This document shows positions 57,445 to 64,000 of a DNA stretch of 64,000 bases, in pieces. The DNA comes from an uncultured Gammaproteobacteria bacterium (GTDB lineage Bacteria; Patescibacteriota; Microgenomatia; UBA8517): the NCBI GenBank assembly GCA_964429215.1, contig CAYSAY010000001.1, positions 27,931 through 91,930 of the forward strand. The letters run 5' to 3'. A program made the position numbers and the translations under genes. Position 1 is the first letter of the stretch; each line of letters starts with the position of its first letter. The notes under the pieces are model-generated. The model did no database searches. It was not told the origin of the DNA and was given only the letters and a program-made list of their open reading frames with translations.

Positions 57445-57726
57445 ATGAGTAGAAGTGCAAAAAAAGGACCATACATTGATGACAGGCTAATTAAAAAATT
57501 AAGCCAAGGAATGGGATCTAAAGAGAACCCTGTTAAAACATGGTCACGTGCTTGTCAAATTCCACCAGAATTTGTAGGAAAGTATTTCACTGTACACAAT
57601 GGAAAGATATTTGTACCTGTATTCGTAACAGAAGATATGGTTGGTCACTCTCTTGGAGAATTTTCACCAACAAGAACATTTAAAGGACATGGAGAAGTTG
57701 TCAAGAGAACTATGGACAAGACCTAA
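57445..57726 (+). CDS. rpsS: 30S ribosomal protein S19
   Basis: Sequence and synteny. Confidence 0.93.
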   Translation: MSRSAKKGPYIDDRLIKKLSQGMGSKENPVKTWSRACQIPPEFVGKYFTVHNGKIFVPVFVTEDMVGHSLGEFSPTRTFKGHGEVVKRTMDKT

Positions 57727-57736
57727 AAAAAATACT

Positions 57737-58180
57737 ATGGAATTTAAATCTGAACAAAAATATTTGATACTTAGCCCAAGGAAAATTAGGCCAGTTGTTG
57801 AGGTTATTAAAAAGATGACACCAAACAAGGCTTTGGAGTCGTTGCCATTTATTAAAAAGAGAGCATCTGAATTTGTTTTTAAAGTAATTAAATCAGCTGT
57901 TGCAAATGCAACACAAAAAGGAGTAGATAGTAATACTTTAATTTTTAAAGAAATACAAATAGGTGAAGGGCCAAGACTTAAAAGAGGGCAGCCAGTATCA
58001 AGAGGTCGTTGGCATCCTATAAAGAAGCGAATGAGCCACGTTAAGGTTATTTTGACAACCAAAAAAGTAAGTGAAGTTAAACCAGCTAAAGTTTTAAAGA
58101 AGGTTGAAAATAAAGAAGTAAAAGTAGTTAAAAAAGCTGTTGTTACAAAGAAAGAAACTAAAAATGTCACAAAAAATTAA
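57737..58180 (+). CDS. rplV: 50S ribosomal protein L22
   Basis: MEFKSEQKYLILSPRKIRPVVEVIKK.... The start is trimmed to the internal ATG. Confidence 0.88.
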   Translation: MEFKSEQKYLILSPRKIRPVVEVIKKMTPNKALESLPFIKKRASEFVFKVIKSAVANATQKGVDSNTLIFKEIQIGEGPRLKRGQPVSRGRWHPIKKRMSHVKVILTTKKVSEVKPAKVLKKVENKEVKVVKKAVVTKKETKNVTKN

Positions 58181-58817
58181 TCCAATTGGCTTTAGGGTAG
58201 GTAGAATGATCGGATGGAAATCTAGATGGTTTGCTAATGGAACAGATTATAAAGTTTTATTACTTGAAGATTTTAAAATCAGAAAAGAATTAATGAAAAG
58301 ATTATCTAATGCTGGAATAATTAGTGTTGATATCGAAAGACAGCCAAAAAGTATTGTAATTATTATTACTGTATCAAGACCTGGAGTAGTAATTGGTAGA
58401 GGTGGGTCTGGAATTGAAGAATTAAAGAGATTTATTGTTTCTTTAATGAATACAGATAAAACTAAAAAGAAAAGTAATTTAAAGATAGATTTAAAGGTAA
58501 ACGAAGTCAAAAATCCTGACCTTTCAGCTTATTTGATAGCTGAAAAAGTTATTTCAGATTTGGAAAGAAGAATTCCACATCGAAGATCAGTTACAAAAGC
58601 AATGGAGAGAGTAATGTCTGCTGGTGCAGGTGGAATTAAAATTGTTTTGGGTGGTCGTATTAATGGAGCTGAGATTGCAAGAGTTGAAAAGTTCCATCAA
58701 GGATCTGTACCAACTCAAACATTACGTGAAGATATTGATTACGCAGAAAGACCAGCGCTTACAAAAAGAGGTTATGTTGGAGTAAAAGTTTGGATACATA
58801 GAAAGGAGGATCAGTAA
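58164..58817 (+). CDS. rpsC: 30S ribosomal protein S3
   Basis: KINPIGFRVGRMIGWKSRWFA. KH domain. Confidence 0.92.
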   Translation: MSQKINPIGFRVGRMIGWKSRWFANGTDYKVLLLEDFKIRKELMKRLSNAGIISVDIERQPKSIVIIITVSRPGVVIGRGGSGIEELKRFIVSLMNTDKTKKKSNLKIDLKVNEVKNPDLSAYLIAEKVISDLERRIPHRRSVTKAMERVMSAGAGGIKIVLGGRINGAEIARVEKFHQGSVPTQTLREDIDYAERPALTKRGYVGVKVWIHRKEDQ

Positions 58818-58898
58818 TAAATCAATAAATCAGTGAATCAATAATTCAATAAAAAACTGAATTACTGTTTTAATGAATAAATGAATTACTAATCTAAT

Positions 58899-59303
58899 AT
58901 GTTACAACCTAAGAGAGAGAAATTTACAAAGAATATGAGAGGAAGAAGAAGAGGAACAGCTCTTCGTGGTAGCTCTGTTTCTTTTGGAGATTTTGGACTT
59001 AAAGCACTTGAGGTAGCTTGGGTTACTGCAGCACAGATTGAAGCTGCCAGAAAAGCGATATCGCATCATCTTAAAAGAGGAGGAAAAGTTTGGATTAGAA
59101 TATTTCCTGATAAACCAGTTTCAGGAAGAGCTGCAGGGAAAAGAATGGGTGGAGGAAAAGGTGAAGTTGAAAGACATGTTGCAGTTGTTAAACCTGGAAG
59201 AATAATGTTTGAAGTTGCAGGGGCAAGTGAAAAGCTTGTAAAAGAGGCATTTATCAGAGCATCTGCTAAACTACCTATTGCAACTAGAATGGTCATAAAA
59301 TAA
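58899..59303 (+). CDS. rplP: 50S ribosomal protein L16
   Basis: Sequence and synteny. Confidence 0.93.
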   Translation: MLQPKREKFTKNMRGRRRGTALRGSSVSFGDFGLKALEVAWVTAAQIEAARKAISHHLKRGGKVWIRIFPDKPVSGRAAGKRMGGGKGEVERHVAVVKPGRIMFEVAGASEKLVKEAFIRASAKLPIATRMVIK

Positions 59304-59313
59304 ACACAATCGT

Positions 59314-59535
59314 ATGAAAATAAAAGAATTAAAAGAATTAAAGTCAAAGGAAGCAAAAGATTTAGTAGCACTTGTTTCTAAGAAAAAGGTTGAACTTATT
59401 AAAAATCAGGTTAAAATTGCAGGTGGCGCTGAGAAGAATTTGAAAAAGTCTTGGAATCTTAGAAAAGAAATAGCACAGATTATGACAATAGTTAAGAATA
59501 AAATGGTAAATGAAAATATTATGAAAATATCATGA
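59314..59535 (+). CDS. rpmC: 50S ribosomal protein L29
   Basis: Sequence and synteny. Confidence 0.85.
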   Translation: MKIKELKELKSKEAKDLVALVSKKKVELIKNQVKIAGGAEKNLKKSWNLRKEIAQIMTIVKNKMVNENIMKIS

Positions 59536-59777
59536 AGATATTTAAAGGAAAAATAACAGGATTAAAAATGGCAAAGACCATTACTGTTGATGTGGAAAGA
59601 TTTTTGACACATCCACTTTACAAGAAAAGATTTAAAAGAAGCAAAAAGTATCAAGTTCATAGTGAAATAGAACACAAAATTGGAGATACTGTAAGTTTTT
59701 CTGAATGTCCACCGATTAGTAAAACTAAAAGATGGAAGGAAATTGAAACTAAAGTAGAAAAGAAAGGAAAAAAGTAA
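59532..59777 (+). CDS. rpsQ: 30S ribosomal protein S17
   Basis: Sequence and synteny. Confidence 0.9.
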   Translation: MKIFKGKITGLKMAKTITVDVERFLTHPLYKKRFKRSKKYQVHSEIEHKIGDTVSFSECPPISKTKRWKEIETKVEKKGKK

Positions 59778-60143
59778 ATGGTACAACTTAGATCATATTT
59801 AGTTCCTGCTGATAATTCAGGTGCTAAAAAGTTGATGATTATTGGAGTTCCTGGAAGAATTGGTAAAATTGCAACTCTTGGACAAGTTGTTTTATGTGTT
59901 GTTAAGGGTTGTGACCCAAATGGTGCAGTTAAGGATCATGATAAAGTAAAGGTTTTAATAGTTAGAACCAAAAAAGAAGTTAAAAGGTTTGATGGTACTT
60001 ATGTTAGGTTTGATGATAATGCAGGTGTCATTATTGATAAACAAGGAATGCCACTTGGAACAAGAGTTTTGGGACCAATTGCGAGAGAAGTAAAAGAAGC
60101 AGGATTTAACAAAATTGCATCGTTGTCTAGGGAGGTAGTTTAA
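59778..60143 (+). CDS. rplN: 50S ribosomal protein L14
   Basis: MVQLRSYLVPADNSGAKK. Confidence 0.95.
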   Translation: MVQLRSYLVPADNSGAKKLMIIGVPGRIGKIATLGQVVLCVVKGCDPNGAVKDHDKVKVLIVRTKKEVKRFDGTYVRFDDNAGVIIDKQGMPLGTRVLGPIAREVKEAGFNKIASLSREVV

Positions 60144-60177
60144 ATATTTAAATATATGATGAAATACAATTAACATT

Positions 60178-60483
60178 ATGAAACTTAAAATTGGAGATAC
60201 AGTCAAAATAACAATGGGTAAGGATAAAGGTAGAATTGGTAAAATTGAGAAAGTTTTGCCTAAACTTGATTCAGTTTTAATTCCCGAGGTTAATATGTAC
60301 AAAAAGCATGTTAAAGGACAACAAGGTCAAAAAGGTGGAATGTATTCCATTCCAAGGCCTTTAAATGTCGCAAAAGTTGCATTAATTTGTCCAAATTGTA
60401 AGAAGCAAACAAGAGTGGGTATAGAAGTTGTAAAAGATGAAAAGTTAAGAGTATGTAGAAAATGTAAAAAACAAATAATATAA
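60178..60483 (+). CDS. rplX: 50S ribosomal protein L24 with a C-terminal CxxC...CxxC zinc-ribbon extension
   Basis: KOW (KIGDTVKITMGKDKGRIGKI). The tail is CPNCKK...CRKCKK. Confidence 0.88.
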   Translation: MKLKIGDTVKITMGKDKGRIGKIEKVLPKLDSVLIPEVNMYKKHVKGQQGQKGGMYSIPRPLNVAKVALICPNCKKQTRVGIEVVKDEKLRVCRKCKKQII

Positions 60484-60503
60484 GCAAGCTTGTAATTAAA
60501 ATT

Positions 60504-61052
60504 ATGAACAGACTAAAAGAATTATACGAAAAAGAAATAAAGAAGCAGCTAATGGATGAATTTAAAATTAAGAATCCTATGGCTATACCTGCACTTAAAA
60601 AGATAAACATTAATGTTGGTATTGGAAACGCTTTAAAGAACAAAGAATTGAAAGAAAGTTTAGTTAAAGATTTTTCATTAATTGCAGGACAAAAATTGTC
60701 TGAAAGAAAAGCAAAGTTATCAGTTGCTACCTTTGCAATCAGAGAAGGAATGGTTGTTGGTCTTGCAGTAACAATAAGAAAAGAACGAATGTATGATTTT
60801 TTTGATAAATTTGTTAATATAGTACTTCCTCGTTTAAGAGATTTTAGAGGAGTTAAAAGGACAAGCTTTGATAAAAACGGAAGTTATACTTTAGGGCTTA
60901 CTGATCATACTGTTTTTCCAGAAATTGATATTACTAAGGCAGCTCCTGCTCATGGAATGGAGATTACATTTGTAACAAACGCTGGATCAAAAGAAAAAGG
61001 AGAAAGATTAATGGAATTATTAGGTATGCCTTTCATTAAGGAGAATAATTAA
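60504..61052 (+). CDS. rplE: 50S ribosomal protein L5
   Basis: Sequence and synteny. Confidence 0.93.
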   Translation: MNRLKELYEKEIKKQLMDEFKIKNPMAIPALKKININVGIGNALKNKELKESLVKDFSLIAGQKLSERKAKLSVATFAIREGMVVGLAVTIRKERMYDFFDKFVNIVLPRLRDFRGVKRTSFDKNGSYTLGLTDHTVFPEIDITKAAPAHGMEITFVTNAGSKEKGERLMELLGMPFIKENN

Positions 61053-61065
61053 AATATAAATAAAT

Positions 61066-61251
61066 ATGGCAAAAACATCTAAAGTAGCAAGAGAAACAAA
61101 AAAATTAAAATATAAAATCAGGTATAGAAACAGATGCAAACTCTGTGGAAGACCAAGAGGATATATGAGAAAATACGGAATCTGTAGATTATGTTTTAGG
61201 GAACATGCACTTAAAGGTGAAATACCAGGAGTTCGCAAAGCGAGTTGGTAA
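61066..61251 (+). CDS. rpsZ: 30S ribosomal protein S14 type Z (zinc-binding)
   Basis: 61 aa. [23 protein letters not shown]. Confidence 0.92.
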   Translation: MAKTSKVARETKKLKYKIRYRNRCKLCGRPRGYMRKYGICRLCFREHALKGEIPGVRKASW

Positions 61252-61339
61252 ACCAACAAAGAAAGATAAAATAAGAATATGACAAACTATCAAATCGGTG
61301 ACTTTTTAATAAATGAACAAGAAAATCAGAAGGAGAACC

Positions 61340-61717
61340 ATGACTAATTACGCAATTGCTGATTTTCTTATAAGACTTAAGAATGCTTCTATGGCAGGAA
61401 TTAAGGAAGTAACAATGCCTAGAACTAATCTTATATTAGGAGTGGCTAAAGCTTTACAGTCAGAAAAGTTTTTGGATACTGTTACTGATAAAGATGGAAA
61501 TATTACTGTTACACTTGCAATTTATGCAAAGAAACCTGTTTTATCAAATGTAACGATAATTTCAAGACCTGGACTTAGAATTTATATGAGTGTTGATGAA
61601 TTGGAATCAAAGAAAACTCCTGATATTTATATATTGAGCACTCCAAAAGGAGTCATGTCAGGAAGACAAGCAAAAAAGTTGAGAGTTGGTGGGGAAGTAA
61701 TAGCAAAAGTAATCTAA
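61340..61717 (+). CDS. rpsH: 30S ribosomal protein S8
   Basis: MTNYAIADFLIRLKNA. Start trimmed from 61313. Confidence 0.9.
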   Translation: MTNYAIADFLIRLKNASMAGIKEVTMPRTNLILGVAKALQSEKFLDTVTDKDGNITVTLAIYAKKPVLSNVTIISRPGLRIYMSVDELESKKTPDIYILSTPKGVMSGRQAKKLRVGGEVIAKVI

Positions 61718-61719
61718 TT

Positions 61720-62262
61720 ATGTCAAAAATCGGACAATTACCAATATTAGTACCTAAAGAAGTAAAGCTAGATATAGCTGGAAATACCTTGACTGTAACT
61801 GGGCCAAAAGGAAGTTTGGTATTAAATTTTTCTAAGGAATTAAATATTGAAGTAAAAGAAGAAAATATTTTTGTCACAATTAAAAAGGATTCTAAATTTG
61901 CAAGATCAGTTTGGGGAACTACTAGAATGTTAATTGCCAATAATATTAAAGGGGTTACAGAGGGATGGAAGAAACAGCTTGAATTAGTTGGTACTGGTTA
62001 TCGGTCAGAAGTACAAGGAAATACATTAGTTTTAACAGTTGGATATTCTCATCCTATAAAGATAGAAGCTCCAACAGGCATTACTTTCAAAGTTGAAAAG
62101 AGTGTAATTAATGTTGATGGAATTGATAAGCAAGTAGTAGGACAGGTATCAGCTGATATTAGGGCATCTAGACCACCAGAACCATATAAAGGTAAGGGTG
62201 TAAAGTACGTTGGTGAGTATATTCGAAGAAAAGCAGGAAAGGCTGCAAAGGCTGCGGCGTAA
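61720..62262 (+). CDS. rplF: 50S ribosomal protein L6
   Basis: Sequence and synteny. Confidence 0.93.
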   Translation: MSKIGQLPILVPKEVKLDIAGNTLTVTGPKGSLVLNFSKELNIEVKEENIFVTIKKDSKFARSVWGTTRMLIANNIKGVTEGWKKQLELVGTGYRSEVQGNTLVLTVGYSHPIKIEAPTGITFKVEKSVINVDGIDKQVVGQVSADIRASRPPEPYKGKGVKYVGEYIRRKAGKAAKAAA

Positions 62263-62275
62263 TAGAAATAAAAAT

Positions 62276-62626
62276 ATGATTAAAACTGGATTTGATAGAC
62301 GAAAAACAAGAATTAGATCTAAGGTTGTTGGAACAACTTTAAGACCAAGACTTAGCGTGTTTAAGTCAAATAAATATATTTCTGCTCAGATTATTAATGA
62401 TGAAACTGGTAAAACGATTGTTTCGATGAATGAAAAAGCATTAGGAAAACTTGGAGAATTAGGTAAAAATGGAGTAGGAAAAGCTAAAGAACTTGGAAAG
62501 ATGCTTGCAGATATTGCTAAAAAAGCGAAAGTTAAAGCAGTTGTATTTGACAAAGGTGGATATGCATATCACGGAAAAGTTAAGGCTGTAGCAGAAGGAG
62601 CTAGAGAAGGGGGATTAGATTTCTAA
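62276..62626 (+). CDS. rplR: 50S ribosomal protein L18
   Basis: Start trimmed from 62210 to the internal ATG. Confidence 0.88.
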   Translation: MIKTGFDRRKTRIRSKVVGTTLRPRLSVFKSNKYISAQIINDETGKTIVSMNEKALGKLGELGKNGVGKAKELGKMLADIAKKAKVKAVVFDKGGYAYHGKVKAVAEGAREGGLDF

Positions 62627-62635
62627 TTTATATTT

Positions 62636-63166
62636 ATGAGAAATAATAATTATCAACAACCAGAAAGAGAATTTTCAGAAACTGTTGTTCAAATAAACAG
62701 AATTTCTAAAAAAACTAAAGGTGGAAACCAAATAAGGTTTGGTGCAGTTATTGTACTAGGTGATAAAAAGGGAAAAGTGGGTGTAGGAAACTCTAAAGCT
62801 CATGATGTTAGAAACGCTATAAGGAAAGCAATTGAGGATGCTAAAAAGAATATGGTTAAAATTACCATGAGAGGTACAACTATTCCTTATTCAGTTATTG
62901 CAAAAATAGGTGCATCTAAAGTTATGTTAAAGCCTGCACCTCCTGGATCAGGTATTATTGCAGGTGGACCTATGAGAGTTGTATTGGAGTCTGCAGGTGT
63001 TCGTGATATTGTAGGTAAAACTTTAGGCAGTAACAATAAAATTTCTAATGTTAGGGCTACAATTCTTGCTTTAGTTATGTCAACAAAAATGTTAGAAAAG
63101 AAAAATTATATGAATGAATCAAGAGAAACAAAAAAAGAAGTACTTAAAGAGAAAGGAAGTAAATAA
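62636..63166 (+). CDS. rpsE: 30S ribosomal protein S5
   Basis: Sequence and synteny. Confidence 0.93.
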   Translation: MRNNNYQQPEREFSETVVQINRISKKTKGGNQIRFGAVIVLGDKKGKVGVGNSKAHDVRNAIRKAIEDAKKNMVKITMRGTTIPYSVIAKIGASKVMLKPAPPGSGIIAGGPMRVVLESAGVRDIVGKTLGSNNKISNVRATILALVMSTKMLEKKNYMNESRETKKEVLKEKGSK

Positions 63167-63534
63167 TGTCACAGAAACGATTAGGTAGAGGATATGGAAG
63201 TGGAAAAGGTGGCCACACTTCTAGTCGTGGACAAAAAGGTCAAAAATCTAGAACAGATGTACACGTACTTTTTGAAGGATTAAAAGTTAAAAAATCGACA
63301 ATTAAAAAGTTTCCTCTTCTTCGTGGAAAGGGAAAGTTTTTAGCCAAAATTAAACCAATTACAATTAATGTCTCTAAATTAGATATGTTTAAAAAAGGCG
63401 ACACTGTTTCAATTGAATCACTTATTAAAAACAAGATTGTTTCTAAAGTTGATGCTTACAAATACGGAGTTAAAGTTTTAGGTAATAGTGAACTTAAGAA
63501 GGATTTAAAGTTTGAAGTTCCAGTTTCAAAATGA
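63166..63534 (+). CDS. rplO: 50S ribosomal protein L15. It directly abuts rpsE, so there is no L30 gene.
   Basis: GRGYGSGKGGHTSSRGQKGQKSR. Overlaps the rpsE stop. Confidence 0.85.
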   Translation: MSQKRLGRGYGSGKGGHTSSRGQKGQKSRTDVHVLFEGLKVKKSTIKKFPLLRGKGKFLAKIKPITINVSKLDMFKKGDTVSIESLIKNKIVSKVDAYKYGVKVLGNSELKKDLKFEVPVSK

Positions 63535-64000
63535 TTGCCCAATTTTTTAAAAAAATATTAGCTAGTCCAACTCTTCGAAGAAAAATATTAATAACATTCG
63601 CTGCTCTTTTGGTCTTTAGAATTGCAGCACATATTCCTGCAGCAGGTATAAATAGAGAAAGTCTTGCAGCACTTTTTGCAGGAAGTCCATTGCTTTCACT
63701 TCTTGATGTTTTTTCCGGTGGAACTTTAGCTAATTTTTCAATTATGGCTCTTGGACTCAATCCTTATATTAATGCCTCGATTATTTTTCAAATATTGGGT
63801 TATGTAGTTCCACAACTTGAAGAACTTCAAAAAGAAGGCGAATATGGGCAAGAAAAAATTAATCAATATACTAGAATGTTGACAGTTCCACTTGCAATCC
63901 TTCAAAGCTTTGGCATGTATGCTCTACTTAGATCGCAATCTATAATTGGTAATTTGGGTCCGGTTGATCTAGTAATTCTTTGTATTACTATGACAGCTGG
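63531..64000 (+). CDS. secY: Preprotein translocase SecY (5' part, continues past the window end)
   Basis: MIAQFFKKILASPTLRRKILITFAALLVFRIAAHIP.... ATG at 63531 overlaps the rplO stop. Confidence 0.85.
   Translation, partial: MIAQFFKKILASPTLRRKILITFAALLVFRIAAHIPAAGINRESLAALFAGSPLLSLLDVFSGGTLANFSIMALGLNPYINASIIFQILGYVVPQLEELQKEGEYGQEKINQYTRMLTVPLAILQSFGMYALLRSQSIIGNLGPVDLVILCITMTA

Noticed and set aside
1-64000. tRNA, rRNA or CRISPR arrays in intergenic gaps
   Set aside because: I scanned gaps of 70 bp or more (2046-2119, 9483-9586, 20252-20433, 27252-27596, 49488-49771, 52321-52495, 52850-52950, 54766-55073, 58818-58898). I found no T-loop GTTCRANNC motifs with matching acceptor stems, and no regularly spaced repeats of 24-40 bp.

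Overview
This is a low-GC (~33%), gene-dense window, almost entirely on the + strand after position 7.8 kb. It looks like a small-genome Gram-positive-like bacterium, and my inference is Candidate Phyla Radiation (CPR)/Patescibacteria: L30 is absent between rpsE and rplO, S14 is the zinc type-Z form, IF-2 is compact (459 aa), AlaRS lacks its C-terminal C-Ala domain, and the Lon-like protein has no protease domain.

**Content by region**
- **Accessory surface locus (1-7.5 kb).** A 5'-open PMT/GT39 O-mannosyltransferase-like membrane glycosyltransferase is followed by an orphan four-helix-bundle (23S-rRNA-IVS/Avd family) gene. Then comes a tight six-gene minus-strand operon: pilN, pilO, a small TM protein, an FN3-domain surface protein with a sortase-like C-terminal signal, and two Cys-rich proteins with Thr/Ala/Pro linkers, the last of which carries a tandem 8-Cys module.
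- **Housekeeping (7.5-20 kb).** rpsT, murJ, a DinD/BRO-N protein, hrcA-grpE and dnaK-dnaJ (each behind a near-identical sigma70 promoter with a CIRCE element), two RDD proteins flanking a membrane protein, nusA and infB.
- **Cellulosome-like pair (20.4-22.8 kb).** A secreted GH10 xylanase-like enzyme with a C-terminal dockerin is followed by a cohesin-like protein with three SLH domains. I rate this the most interesting feature of the window.
- **Housekeeping (23-41 kb).** rpsO-pnp (PNPase with an RGG-rich tail), a Lon AAA+-only protein, a 345-bp GC-elevated gap, a metallophosphoesterase, family-4 UDG, RNase J, FtsK, a RodZ-like protein, compact AlaRS, a large TM protein with a weak actin-like N-terminus, sortase, RuvX, MltG and a RelB/DinJ-PIN toxin-antitoxin pair.
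- **Transcription and translation core (41.5-64 kb).** rpoB-rpoC and rpsL-rpsG. The str and S10 operons are interrupted by a 104-aa ORF, an orphan receiver domain and another hypothetical flanked by a terminator and promoter. The S10-spc ribosomal cluster then runs through to a partial secY.

I found no rRNA, tRNA, CRISPR array, transposase or integrase.
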